A stretch of 41,194 nt of DNA, from NCBI GenBank assembly GCA_009602725.1, contig WELB01000022.1, positions 913,971-955,164 of the forward strand. The letters run 5' to 3'. The DNA comes from Spirogloea muscicola. Taxonomy: Eukaryota. This document shows positions 13,301 through 28,672 of this stretch, piece after piece. Within the stretch, counting starts at the first letter, position 1; each line of letters starts with the position of its first letter. The position numbers and the translations under genes were made by a program. Below the pieces are notes generated by a model. That model was not told where the DNA came from. It worked only from the letters and a program-made list of their open reading frames with translations, and ran no database searches.

Positions 13301-16051
13301 CTCGAAAGCTGAAGCTGCTCCTGTGGTCTGCTTGGTCTTTGCAGCATAATCGTACCTGTGCTTTTAACAGTGCCACCCAGTGTGTCAATCACTACCGGTA
13401 AACTCAAGGTGAGCTTTTGTTTCTTGTGTAGACAAACACAGTTCACCACGATGTCATTTGTATTGAGAACTGTATGTCGAGCCACGATGGTCCTTAAGCT
13501 CGGCTGCTCATCTCCTCACTGATCGCCCTCCACAGGTATCGGTCACTAACGCGCTTGGTTTGAAAGTTCCTCTGCACAATGTCAAGTTGTTTGGGATAAA
13601 GCCGCTCTTGAGTGGAAAGACGGCGTCAGTCAGCGAGGTATTGGCAGAATGAATGCTTTTTATGATCTTGGTGCTAAGTATGTCTTTGACATCATGCTCT
13701 CCCTGATTACACACAGAAGGGATGGTCATCAACATCTTCTGCATGCTTTGTCAACTCGCAGGACTTTGTCCCTGGCTTACAAGAACCGACTGTCTTTCTT
13801 GGGGAATTTCCCAAGAAGGGGACAATACTTGGAAAGTACTTGCTCAAATTTGAGGTGCGTCACAAGCTTTTAGACATAGAGAATCTGCTTCAGCCGCTCC
13901 TGAGAGCGTGTTGAGGATGGGAATGTATAGCACTTCCTGGAACTTTGGTGGAAAAGCTACTTGAAGAGTACTTCTGTGTAGACATACACAACCACAAGCG
14001 AACATGCAATTGCAGGTAATGCCAGCTAGCAATGAGCACAGCAAGTTCTATGCTGGCACGATATCGGAGACTGTGATGGTGACGGGGGCCGTGGCTGCAT
14101 CCGATGCCAAGCTGATTCTGCTGGACAGTGATGGGTCTGTCAACATGGAGAATGTGTAAGCTCACTGTGTCACCTGCAAGCTGGACTGGACTGTACACTG
14201 CCCTGTAGATAGTATTGGATATTGCAGTAAGGTCATGATTGTACACTCTTGAGCAGAATGATTTTTTAATGGCGAAATGGAGGAAAATGAGTGCTCGTTT
14301 GTCCACTGTCACCTGACACGCTTGACTAGCCTTGCCTCACCGTTTACTCTTCTTATATGTCACTGGTAGACTGGAGTATGGCAAGTCCACACCAGTGAGC
14401 ATCTCTGCCACACACCTACAGAAGTTGCACTTCTCCGTGAAGCTCACTGGGCCAGACGAGCAGCCCTTCATCCCTCAGCAGGTCTTGTCTCTTACAACTA
14501 GAGGAACAATCCTCTAGTTGTACCTCGTCATGCACATACATTTGTGTGCATGTCCATACTCTTGCTTGCTCCTTGACAGTGTAGCTTTTGTGAAAGCCCA
14601 GATCTTGCAAAGTTTCCAAGCATATCTGTTGGTCGAATGCAGGCCTTCATTAAGCTGGAGCACACAAGTGGGACATCCCATCTATATCTACTCGGCTTCA
14701 ATCAAGAGCAGGGCACATTTGGCTTCCAACTGGTGCGTTTGAATACCTGCAGCCCCCTCGTACAGGCTTGCTTCGTGCACAAATGATGCATGTGTTACTG
14801 ACGATGTGAATAGCAAGAAAAGAGCTGTGGTACATCTGTGGTAAGCCTTTTGCTCGCATGCTGTGTAGGACTTCTTGGAACTCATGAAAAGCCTGTACCA
14901 TCTCTCTGGTGACTACACGCTTGAGCTACATGTTGGCGACAATGCAATGGCAAGATCTGCTGCTGAGTCCTTCAGCTGATCTGTGGACTGTCAGCGAGGG
15001 AGTGGGAATGGCACTCTCTTATGCACTGATTCCTCCAATTGGCAATACTCATACTCACACGTTGCCCATGGAGACTCTTGTCATCAACTGAAATCTCAGA
15101 CCTAAGCTTGTCTTCAGGATGGCCAACATCACTTCCACGTAAGACGTACTAAGCTCTGGTCCTCACTGCCTTGCAGGACAATCCATTTACGTGGCCCCTT
15201 GCGGTCCTCTCGCTGGAACTACCAGCTCCTCCAGATGGTTCCGCAAAGCCTCCTGCTCTTGTGACAGATCTGAAGCAGCGCTACGGGCCCAAGGCAGAAA
15301 TTAGCCACATCTTTCGAGTGCCTGAAAAGAGGCCTCCACGCATTGTTTCTTACGTCTTTATGATACTCACTCTTGTCCCACTCGTGGGCTTGCTTGGCGG
15401 GGTAAGTAGTATCTTACCAGCTTTAGTCTTGCCAGCAGGTGTTACTCAACAGACCCACTGCCTTTTTGTTGAATTTCGCAATGGAGCATGCAGAGTCATG
15501 AAGATACCATGAAGTACATGGTGCCACTGCATTTGTGACACTTGGGCACTTCTTTCTTTTCTTCCAGCTGCGGGCTTTAGGCAGTAACGTGGCTTTGTTC
15601 CCGAATGAGGGAGGACCCTCTGTGGGTGCGGTGCTCTTTCATGCCGGCATTGCAGCAATATTGCTTCTCTATATTGCTTTCTGGATCAAGGTAAGAACAC
15701 CCTGAACCCGCGGCAGAAGAGTCCATCACATCTAAGGTTGCACTGCTCCGCATTATTGTCTGCCTTCCTTCACACTAAGCTGAAGTTGTGAATATGGCTT
15801 ATGCAGTCTTTTTCTGTATGGGTGAACAGCACTGCTTGTCAAACACGAACACTCATTCACCAGTGTGCAGGACTACAACCATAAGCACCTCAGTATGTGG
15901 AGAGCAATCTTTATGCTGACAGCTGTTGGTGCAGGTGGGGCTGTTTACGACCTTGAAGCTGCTCCTCCCACTGGGTCTATTCACTTCTGCAGCAGGTTTC
16001 CGCATCCTCTCACATCTTGCTGACTCTTCCGTGAAGCTCAAGGGCACATAG
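10306..16051 (+). CDS. RPN2: Ribophorin II (oligosaccharyltransferase subunit), multi-exon; first exons 10306-10327, 10477-10624, 10814-10988; last exon ends 16051
   Basis: Signal peptide (RAACLLALAALLSLAAAG), EDGEVYFD, RYGPKAEISHIFRVPEKRPP, three C-terminal TM segments, and plant-like end LSHLADSSVKLKGT*. Confidence 0.9.
11088..11200 (+). repeat. Intronic tandem duplication, period about 65 bp
   Basis: TTCACGACTGAATGCCTC(A/C)ATGGCAACCTC(G/A)AACCAG(T/G)CCAAGCCCGA occurs twice. Confidence 0.85.
12494..12565 (+). repeat. Solo copy of the retroelement 3'UTR motif inside an RPN2 intron
   Basis: CCTTCAGACCTTGTCCATTCCTTTGGGCTGGCCTCTCACAGCCACCAGTCAATCTGGC is the reverse complement of about 7810-7860 and similar to 40836-40873. 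Confidence 0.75.
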
Positions 16052-16345
16052 ACTAATTGATTGTGAAAATTTCCACGTTACACCTAGATTGTCTACAATT
16101 GCACTACTTCCTCATAAGCCCCTTATGCCTCTAAAGAGTGGACGGGCTTTACGCCCATCGGTAGGCCTACAGCAGCTCATCGAGAGCCAAAGAGCCTGTG
16201 CTCATGCGAGCCTCTAGAGAGCCAGGTTCAAAATCTATTTTTGCTAAGCAAGCACTGGCACTGAAGTTTCAAAGGCTACCGACCTTGCTGAGGCAAGTGG
16301 CTGTATCTTCCCAATGGCACTTGTTAGAGAGGCAGTCAGTCACAG

Positions 16346-19155
<2,810 letters not shown>

Positions 19156-19429
19156 TCAGGGCAAAGGCAGGCTGGAAAGCAATTTGTTTGCTGAAGTGTA
19201 GTCAGCAGCCAGGCAGGCGACAAGAGGGGGTCAGATCTCAGGGAGGTACTTGGTGAGGTTTTTTGGAAAGAGGTCTTTCTGATATCAAGGGGGGTAAGCA
19301 GAGGGAGAGACATGGAGAAAAAGAGGGCAAGTAGAGGAGGAGAGATGGGGGAAGACCAGACACAGATACAGACTCACACAGAGGGAGAGGAAGGGAGAGG
19401 GGAGGGAGGGAGGGAGAAGGAGAGCCGCA

Positions 19430-19810
19430 CGTCAAAGAGCTGTAGTTCGTGCAAGGCTGCTAGCAGGAAAGAGCGCGACTGTGCGAATCCGTCCGCCGGT
19501 GATGAGGTAGGGGCGCTAGCGGTGGACGTGCACGGCGCTTTTTGCAGTCGGTGGCTGGACCTTCTGCAGCGGCTTGCAGTTGGTCGTCGGCGGGGACAGC
19601 AAGTGAGCTGCTGCAGCTTCAGCGCCGCTGCGTCTGGCCTTTCACAGCCCTCGCCCCTTTGTAAGAGCTCACTCCTCTCTGGCTGCACGCTTGACCGACT
19701 TGCGGCTGCTGACTCTGCTGGCTTACTATGCTCACGTTCGCTGTAGCCACTTGTATAGCTGTATGAGGGTTAGCACCTGTTATCCCTTTGGACCTTGTCA
19801 ATTGTTTTCC
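19430..19810 (+). mobile_element. Degenerate, internally deleted RLE-retrotransposon 3' fragment
   Basis: KAASRKERDCANPSAGDEVGALAVDVHGAFCSRWLDLLQRLA aligns with the 40250-40400 copy. It is followed by 3'UTR motif pieces at 19635-19680 and 19783-19810. Confidence 0.7.
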
Positions 19811-19835
19811 GTACTTGCCACACCGTACTGCCACA

Positions 19836-21418
19836 TGTCACTCTTGAACATATAGCGTTGACCGGTAGCACTGCCACGGCATTCTGGCAGCGACGTTCTA
19901 GGACACCAGTCAGGGGCTAAACACCCTTCAAAGAAGGGCACTTGGCCACCCTCACCAGTTCAAGAGAGGATCTTTGGCCTTCCGCAAGGCGGGCCATGGG
20001 CCGAACCGCTCACCCTCCTGGAGGGAGGGTAGCACGGGGAAGCACAAAGAGCCTTGGGGCTGAGGCTCGACAGGATTTCGAACCGGGGATGCCCAGGAGC
20101 AGCCTTGCTGCTGCTCGCCGCCGCAACCGCCGCTGCACTCTGCTGCGGGGCCTGCTGCGCCAGCCTGCGCCCAGGAGGTGGAGTCACCGCCGGACGGCGG
20201 CGCCACAAGGCCCGTCTTCCGCTGCGCCGATGCGCTAGTGCTTTGCCTGTGTAGTGGGTTGATCCTTAAGACCCATACAGCCGAACTCAACAAGGACTGC
20301 TCACCCTAATTGCGTGTGTAGGGCGAGATTCCTTACAGTGGTATCAGAGGAGGTCTTGCATCCATCGCGCTTGTGACGTATTGTGCTCGATGATGCAAGA
20401 ATCACCCTGATGTGCTTGCCTGACCTTTTCTGTAGAAAATGAAGTGCTTGCCAAACGTTGGTCCGTGAGGCGGCTCAATGGAAGCGCCGGGTGCAGAGTC
20501 ATCTTTGCGCAGTAAGCCAGCAACGACCAACGCCACTTAGACCGACTTATCCTTGAAGATCACTTGCTGCGTTCGCTTCTCTTGAGGTGTGGCTTGAGCT
20601 TGTGTGGCTGCAGCCTTTGTGTAGTAAGGTCAGTCGTGTGGCCAGCATTGACAGTGTGCATCGGTCTTGGTCACATCTGTGGGTGTCTGCCTGCCTGCTT
20701 TTGGAGGTGTAAGGTTGCGCGCTGCCCTGCTTGCTCGCTCGCTGCTGCAGTAGTCTTGCGATGTCCTTTATTGCTGTATAGATAGTGTAATATGCTGCCT
20801 GTTGAACCTGACTTGATCTCTCAGTGTTCCTCAGGCAGCATGGAGTCGCACACATCTAGTGGGCCTCCTAGCCCTCCTCGGGAGGTAGAGCGGTCGGCTG
20901 CTGAGGTAGCCGCTGCTGCGGAGCCAGCTGCTGCGGCAGAGCTGCTGCGGGGCAAGCCCTTGAGGGGCACGCCGAGCTGGGAGCCGAAGGCCACAAGGGC
21001 TTGTCGGCTGGGGAGGTGCAGCGCATGGCCCTCCTCACGCAGGATTTGTCAGCAGCCCAGACTACCGCGGACTCAGCTCACCACTGGCCTCTTTGCGAGG
21101 ATCTGCGCGGAGCAACGCGCCCTACTCGTCCGGCAGCGCCTCGAAGAGCGGCATATGCAAGAGGTGGATGCCTCGTTGCACTTGATGAGCAAGAGCAGTG
21201 GCCACCCTGAGCATGAACTTGCCAGGGCCCATGCACCCAAACAATTCTCCGGTCAGGATGATTGGGGAGGGTTGCAGTCATGGCTCGACGAGATGGTCGA
21301 ATGGTTTGTGTGTTCGAACACGGACGCGGGGACACGCGTGCGCCTCGCTGCGACCTACGTCGCAGGGGAGCCACGGGAGTGGTGGAATACCCTGAAGCAG
21401 GGCAAGCTGCCCGACGAG
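19836..21418 (+). mobile_element. Ty3/Gypsy LTR retrotransposon 5' part: putative 5' LTR (about 19836-20337), PBS 20339-20349, gag from ATG 20840 to the gap at 21419
   Basis: LTR-type end CTTACA is followed by TGGTATCAGAG (tRNA-iMet PBS). Gag-like PKQFSGQDD..LQSWLDEM.EWF...RVRLAATYVAGEPREWW. The LTR start (TGTCA at 19836) is a guess. Confidence 0.8.
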
Positions 21419-21419
21419 N

Positions 21420-24400
21420 CGGGCCTGGCCCCGCTCGGCAAGGCCGCGCCGGCGGCGGGGGCCCCGGCCAAGGCCACAATCGCGCGGCAGCTGGCGCAGG
21501 CGCAGGGCGGCGGCGCCATGGAGGAACTCGAGCTCGCGCGCGGCGTCTGCAACCCCTTCCGCAAGTACAGCCCTGGCGCGGTGCGCGCGCGCGTGATGCA
21601 GCTCCCCGGCGCGGCGCTGTCGGTGGCCGGGCGCGGCGCCGAGATCCTGGCGTCGCTCGGGTGGTACTGGGCGGGCCTCTCGTGCGACTACCTCCTCGGC
21701 CGCTCCGAGGCCATGCTCTGCGTGCGCGCCGCGCAGCTCCGCTCCCTCCTCTGCCGCCTCGGCCCCTCTTTCATCAAGGCCGGCCAGGTGGGCGCCCACC
21801 TGCCCTGCTGATGGAGCAACCCATCAAGACTAACGATGAATTGAATCTGCCTCGCAGCCAATCATGCATTGCATGTATGATTGCTAATGGGCCTCCTAAG
21901 TCTTGGAGCAAACCATATTCTGCTCGAGAGCTTGTGTTCGGGCGGTCTGAGTAGCCACAGCGGCGGCGCGTCCGCAGGTCCTGGCGAACCGGCCGGACAT
22001 CGTCCGCGAGGACTTCATGAACGAGCTCTGCGTGCTCCAGGACGACGTCCCCGCCTTCTCCAGCAAGGCGAGCTGCAACCCCCCAGAGCTTTCTCCCGTT
22101 GCCGCCTCCTGCGCTGCAGTGTCGCAGGGCCGGCGGTGCTGACGGCGCTTGCCTCCGCTCTGTGCTGCCGCCGGCAGGTGGCCTTTGAGATCATCGAGGC
22201 GGAGATCGGGCGGCCTCTGGAGACGGTGTTCAGCCGCATCTCCGTGGAGCCGGTGGCTGCCGCCAGCCTCGGGCAGGTGTACCGCGCGACGCTCCGGGGC
22301 TCCGGCGAGGAGGTGGCCATCAAGGTCCAGCGGCCGGGCATCGAGCCGATCATCTACCGGGACCTCCTCCTCTTCCGCCTCCTCGCCTCGTTCCTCAACG
22401 GCGTCTCGCTGCGCAAGCTCGGCTGCAATGCCGAGCTCATCGTTGACGAGTTTGGCGAGAAGCTGCTCGAGGAGCTGGACTACACGCTGGTGCGCTCCTC
22501 CTTTCTCCCACGCCTCTCCCTGACCCATCTCTACCATCCTATTTCTCCTGCTATATCCTGACGCTCGCTTTGCAGACGCGGTCACGTCACCGTCGTGTTT
22601 TACCACCCACGACCCCCTCGCCGTCTTTGCTGGCTACAGAGCTGTCATAGTCTACATAGAATTGTCATTTTAGAAATTTGTTAGTCGTTTGAGCTCGACT
22701 GACTCGAGATTGAGTGTGAGCTCGACTGACTCGAGATTGAGGTGCATGACATAACACAAGGGCATGGACTGACTCCTACTTGGCTTACTCCAGGAGGCGC
22801 GCAATATTGAGGACTTCTATGAGAACTTCCGCAATGACCCGACCGTCAAGATCCCCCTCGTCTACAAGGGCCTCAGCGGGCCCACTGTGCTCGTCATGGA
22901 ATGGATTGACGGCATCCGCTGCACAGAGCCCCAGGTACGGTCATGGGAGTCCCCACTTCTCTTCCTTGGGCACTGTGATGCTGTTGAGCTAGGCGTAGTC
23001 CGTAATGCATGTGATCAAGCAGCAGCTCTTACAATCAAACTGTGCTACCCCTCTTATGTAATCTGCGCCGACAGTCTCCGGCAGCATCGCAGCAATCATT
23101 TTATCATCTTATTCTTGGTCTTAATTGTCTTTGGCAAATCTGGGCACAGGCTATAAAAGACGCGGGCCTTGACGTGAAGGCATTCATCACCGTGGGCGTG
23201 AGTGCCGCGCTGCGGCAGCTCCTTGAGTTTGGGCTCTTCCATGGCGACCCCCACCCCGGCAACATCTTCGCCATGCGCGACGGTCGCATCGCATATGTTG
23301 ACTTTGGCAACGTCGCCGAGCTCAGTCAGGTCAGTGCCAGGGCCCAAGACGCCTTACTTGGCTGGCTTCCTGCACCAGTTCCTTTTTGATTTGTGTTGCA
23401 TGAGTATGTATGACATGAGGTCAGGTGAGTTGTGTTGCATGACTATGGTGACATGAGGTCAGGTGAGTGGCCAGTGCCATTTAAGGCTCAGGCTGATATT
23501 GGCGCCCCGCTTGATTGGGGTTTGAGCTGCAAACGTAGGGGTTGTAATCTAATTGGGTGTAGGAGGCCGAGTCCTTGAGGTACTGGATCTCCTGTAATCT
23601 GCATGTGATTGACCCCTCCTTGACCTGCTCGGCGCGGGCACTGTGCATGCAGTACAACAAGCAGATCTTGATCGACGCCATCGTGCACGCGGTCAACGAG
23701 GACTACAGCGAGATGGCGGGCGACTTCACGCGGCTTGGATTCCTGGCCCCTGGCACAGACGTCACGCCCATTGTCCCTGCCCTGGAGGCCATCTGGCAAA
23801 ACTCAACCGACAAGGGCCTCGCTGACTTCAACTTTCGCTCGGTCACAGGCATGTCCTCGCACACCTCACATTGGCCATTCCCTACAGTCTCACGCCAAAA
23901 TTCAACATGAGCGGTGGTCGGCATCTTCGTCAACGAGTTCTTGCCTTGTTGATTGATATAGTATACATAGATATATGTGTTGTGATTGCACCTTGAGTAC
24001 ACGTTAATCTCCTCAAAATGCCCACGATTTTCCAGGCAAGTTCAATCAGCTTGTGTACCAGTACCCCATCCGCATTCCAGAGCGCTTTTCGCTGGTCATC
24101 CGGTCGCTGCTGACGCAGGAGGGCATCTGCCTCACGCTTCAGCCTGACTTCAAGTTTCTCGAGGTTAGACTTTCAATTCCTCACAGCCTGCAGGCAGTCA
24201 GCACATGGGATCCTCTAGGAGCGAGGAAAACCACCTTCATGTTGACAGCTCCTCAGCTACTTGTCTTGTGCAGGTTGCATATCCGTATGTGGCGAAGAGG
24301 CTCTTGACTGACCCTGACCCAGCCCTGCGGGAGCGCCTCTTGCAGGTATTTGACATTTTATCGGCAGATTCATAGCAATTTGTGAACAATTCTCAAATAG

Positions 24401-25526
24401 GACCAGAGTGAATTGGTGGTGCGTTGGCTGGCTAATTGGGAGCTCATTGGTGCTCTCTGTGTTTTGTATAGGTCTTGTTCAAGGAGAACTGCTTCCAGTG
24501 GAAGAGGCTGGAGAATCTTATTCAGCTTGCCAAGGAGCAGGTTCAGATTGTCAACAAGTCCATGCAGCCGCAGCGCCCCCTTATCGAGGAGGCCACAAGG
24601 TTTGTATTTCTGGTGCAGCGGACCGGAAAAACTGCCAGTTGTTTTCTTGAATTTCATTCGCCGCTTTTGGTGCATCTCAAGCTGTCAAGTGTAAGAGGCT
24701 GGAAGAGGTGCACAAAGTCCTGGTTACCTGGATCATCTGCAGGGGCCGGGCGGGTGGCAAGAAGCCGGGCTTGAAGCTGGACCTCAGCGACACTATCAAG
24801 GACGGTGCACGTGTGATGGTCACGGATGCTGGACTTCGGCGCCGCCTCCTCATGGCCTTCACGGAGGATTCGCGCCTGCACTTCAGAGAGGTACTTCACA
24901 GTGCCAAGTGGTCTTGAACAGCATGCTGACTTCCTGTGTACTGAACATATGCTGGTCCTTTGGTCTCTGTTTTTAGAGGCAAGGACGGCACTAAGATGTT
25001 GCCAGTGGTCGTTGTAATCAGTGCGATCATAGGCCGGCTAGCAAGTTCAGCATAGCAAGGTTGTTGCCTGCAGTCGGGCTAGTCCGCGAGAAGGACCACT
25101 CGAAGGAAGAGTGGCCCAAGCTGAAAAGAGAAAATCAAGTCTTGCGTCTAAGATGTTGCTTCAGTTCAGTGTACACGCAAGCGCATTTCTAAGCCGTAGG
25201 CCGAGGAGTATCGATTTATAAGCTCAGCCCGCAATTAGGGCAGGTTTTATAGCAGATTGCTCATTTGGCCCTACCATGCAGCTTGCCGGTGTCTACAACC
25301 TAGTACAGGACGACATCAAGCCCGCCAGCCTCGTGACGGACCTTGTGCAAGGTGTGTATGTCTCATTGCTGGCCAGCTCTCAAGAGATATCCGCATGATC
25401 CCAATTGGAGCTGATCTTTCTGCTGTTGGAAGATAATGTGCTTCGCATCTTTTGACAGGTCTGCCGGCTCTAGGCCGCGACATCCTCCTGTCGTGGAGTG
25501 AGAAGGTCCTCACGGAGAGGCCATGA
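21420..25526 (+). CDS. ABC1K1: Plastoglobular ABC1/UbiB atypical kinase ABC1K1 (PGR6/ACDO1), start lost in gap; exons include 21420-21787, 21978-22067, 22178-22489, about 22795-22934, about 23150-23329, 23653-23848, 24036-24163, ... 25459-25526
   Basis: ELARGVCNPFRKYSP, LGPSFIKAGQVLANRPDI, AAASLGQVY, VAIKVQRP, FHGDPHPGN, YVDFG and YPIRIPERFSLVIRSLLTQEGIC match the recalled plant ABC1K1 sequence. Confidence 0.92.
22690..22741 (+). repeat. Intronic tandem duplication (27-bp period)
   Basis: TGAGCTCGACTGACTCGAGATTGAG occurs twice. Confidence 0.85.
23391..23468 (+). repeat. Intronic tandem duplication (39-bp period)
   Basis: TTGTGTTGCATGA.TATG..TGACATGAGGTCAGGTGAG occurs twice. Confidence 0.85.
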
Positions 25527-25939
25527 GATCGACTTGCAGTACCTCCTCAGCTTGCTTTACCTAGCAGGTCCTTGAGCACTGCATCATTCGCAGTGTAATC
25601 ACTGTGCCACGTCAACCATGACCGTGGTCGTACACATAGCACAGCTGAGAATTTTGTGACTCAATTAGGGAGGTACATGAGTGTTGATTGAGCATCAGCT
25701 CCAAAACCAATCTGCATGCGAAATTGTCAACACAAAAATCCTCTTCCATAAGAGACCCATCTGTGCTGCTTGCTGGGAGATGAGCACCCTAGCATGCTCG
25801 CAACCAGAGGGATAGCAGACTTAGGACGAGTACAATCAGTACTCAATAGGTGGCAAAGTGTCGATCGGCTTGTGGCTAGCCCAAACCCGTGAGTGCCACC
25901 ACCAATCATCAACCCATAGAAGATAAAGTGGAGGCTATA

Positions 25940-27225
25940 CTATGACTTCTTGCCAAAGCCTCTTGGGGAGCTTCGGTCCACCTTGTCTACTGGACTTCCA
26001 TCTGATCCCCTTGCTGGGGTGGCCTCCTTCTCCACGAACTTCTTTGCCTCTTGCTTCTCCTGCCAGTCTTTGTATGACAAGTACGCAACCTGGATATGTA
26101 CAGCAACCTTATTAGGATTGCAAGGCACGGGCAGTAGTAAATGGCAGCAAAGTGCAGAGCTTGCAGTCTGATTTGAATTTGATAGCATGACACATTGCAT
26201 GTTGGACCCGGATGCTTACGCCACCAGTGAGAACGATGAGTCCGACGAATGCTGACAGGAGGCCTATTTGGATCAGGACGCCTGTGGCATCCACAGTGGC
26301 AGCGGTGCCTGGTGGTACGATTTCGCCGGTGCCACCGGCCTGGGGCGCCCAGAAATGGTGCACAACAGGCAGAAGAAGCACATACAGGTTCACGAATTGT
26401 ACAAACAAGCAACTAATAGGTACATTTGGTCGCTATCTGTTGGATGAGATTGACACAAGCATAGCAGCACTTGAGTCCTCCCTTGAGGAACTTTATGGAG
26501 CTCAATGGCACTCTGTCAAGAAGGAAGGCCTTGGCAACCGGGTGAGCACCTGAGCGTCCATGGCTGAGAAGAAGACCAGCAGACCGACTGGCGCCGCAAG
26601 AGCTGTGCACCTCATCAATGACAGCACCGGCGTCGACCGGGCCTCCTTGAGCTCTGCCCCTGCGACACCTCAACATCGGACTTCTTACACCTTAGCTCTG
26701 TGAGACTCGACCATCGAGGCCTGAGTCGGTGACCACCAGAAGACTGACCAGCAATTACGTGTGGCCTCGACCTCAAGAACGGCCATGCTGGTCAGACTCC
26801 AGGTTCTGGCAGGCACTAAGATGAGGAGGATCCACCTCGAGAGGAGGAGCTCGCAGAGGCGCAGGCCTCGGGCGCCACGCCGCCCTCCCTGGCCAGTCTG
26901 GCAGCGACTGCGGCCGGCGCAACCTGGAGCCGCCCAACATCGCCGCCTTCAGCTGGGCAGCAGAGCCCAACACGCACCGAATGTCGTGATCTAATTAACG
27001 TATCGAAGGGCAGAGTGGCAGTGGGAGCACCGCAGTCTCGGCAGAGCGGCGCGGCGATCTCGGGGCCGGCGGCAATGCCGGTCGACAGCGGCCACGGCGC
27101 CGGGCCTGGCTGCCGGGCCCGGGCAACGGCAGCCGCAGAGCCGTGGCCGCTCCAGTGGGCGTCCGGCGAGCCCACGCCGCCGCCGGCGCCGCCGCGGCGG
27201 CTGGCGGCGCAGCCATGGCCGCCAT
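25940..27225 (-). CDS. Small, probably plastid-targeted single-TM protein; multi-exon, internal exons uncertain
   Basis: Ala/Arg/Pro-rich transit-like N-terminus from ATG 27225. TM exon VLIQIGLLSAFVGLIVLTGG splices to VAYLSYKDWQEKQE...PRGFGKKS*. Confidence 0.65.
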
Positions 27226-27231
27226 GGCTTG

Positions 27232-27406
27232 AGGAAGAGAAATGCGGCTGCTAATAATAAAGAATTGGCTGTAAACTGCCAGCCAGATGCATACAGGTGT
27301 TCATGACGGAGCCACAGGCTAGGCACAGGGCGCCCTCAGTAACCCCCGTGTCAGCAATAGGAAGTCAGATGAGCTGAGGGGAGAAAGAGCAACCCCGCTG
27401 CGCCAA
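27232..27406 (-). mobile_element. RLE-retrotransposon 3' end (ORF C-terminus plus 3'UTR variant), cut by the N at 27407
   Basis: GVALSPLSSSDFLLLTRG resembles GDVFPPASYLDLHLLTRGY* of the 40912 copy, followed by GGTTACTGAG. Confidence 0.6.
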
Positions 27407-27407
27407 N

Positions 27408-28672
27408 GGACGTGCTCCTCGGGCGGCGCGCCAGGCGGCAGGCCCTCGCCGGCGCCGCCTTCGCCACCCTCGACGGCAACGGCGGCGGCGGCAACGACGG
27501 CGGCGCCGCCGGCGAGCAGGTGATGCCTCGCCCACGTGCGCTCTCCCGGCTCTCGCGGCTCATAGATGCGCCACCTTAAACCTGCGCGCTTAAACCCTGG
27601 AGGTTTAGACCCTCTGGGGTCAGATGTTGAAGCAAGCACTTGGCCCGTCAGCCGCTCGTCGACCATCATCGGGCTGCATGATCAGTGGAGCGACGAGATC
27701 CTTTTGAACCCCACAGAACCTGCAAAAGACCAAGTTTTGCTATTTAGGGTTCAGGTGAAGTTTCAGGGTTAGGATGTAGGTTAGGATTTAGAGATTAGGC
27801 TGAACCCCTGAGAATCTGTTATTGTAATGATTGTACTCCTCGACGCTGAGCTTTGGCAGTCCCTGGTCGTGCGGCTACGCTGCTCTGCTGCCACGGTTGA
27901 GTGAAGGTGTACGCTGCTCTGGCGGGCGCGCTGTTGGAGGCCGCGAAGCTGGACCTGCACCCCGCGGAGTTCCAGACCGCCCTCGCCGTAGACTATGGCG
28001 TCAGGTGCCTTGGTTGTCCCCTGCTCGGCTTGACCAACACCTCAACCGGAGCACTGGAGCCTAACCTCAACAATGCCCAATTTTTAGTAGACCCTCAAGC
28101 CATGTCCTGGTCGAGGCCACAGAAGCATACGTGACGTCGGCTTAGACATTATTTGCACGCCTCTCTCCATGAGCTTGCTCGAAGTGCTGTTCTCATCGTC
28201 AAGCCAGCGACCGCGGCAGTGAGAGCAGGTTGCAACCCCTGGCTGCGGTCTACGGCGAAAATCGTGGTGCGCTGCGACGACTCCTCCAGGAGCTTACCAA
28301 GGAGGAGAGTCCCCTGCCGCAGCTCACAGGTCGGCGCTCTGCCTCCGCTCTACTACGCAAGGTCACAAGCTTTCAACTCTGTTGTTTGTATCCCAGGCTG
28401 TCCAACACAGCCACAAGCTATGTCCAGGCGCGTCGTGTGAGCTGGAGCACCGGCTGTCAGAAGCGGGCGTCAAGGAGGACGTGTATCGCGTGATTCTGTG
28501 GCTGCGACGGTCCGCGGGCGCAGCGTCCACCACTGCAGCAGCCGAGGAGGACATCAAGCTGGCTTGCAGCGAAGCCCAGCTCCAGGACCTCCTTGCGGCT
28601 GTGCGGGACGCGTGCCAGTCCTTAGAACGGGCTGTGTCAAAATCCGTAAGTTTCGGTTCCGATGTCTCCTGA
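27408..28672 (+). CDS. COMMD3: COMM-domain protein, most like COMMD3; start lost in gap; may splice at 28646 to a further short exon
   Basis: LLEAAK, YGENRGAL..LL, LPQLTGASCELE, and C-terminal IKLACSEAQLQDLLAAVRDACQSLERA, matching recalled COMMD3 FSCSMEQLQDLVGKLKDASKSLERA. Confidence 0.75.

Noticed and set aside
19660..20337. TGTAAG...CTTACA as the LTR boundaries
   Set aside because: TGTAAG at 19660 lies inside a copy of the unrelated 3'UTR motif, so the match is probably chance. It cannot be settled without the 3' LTR.
20792..21811. Apparent gag-ABC1 kinase fusion ORF (339 aa)
   Set aside because: The junction is exactly the N at 21419, so it is a scaffold join rather than evidence of a fusion.
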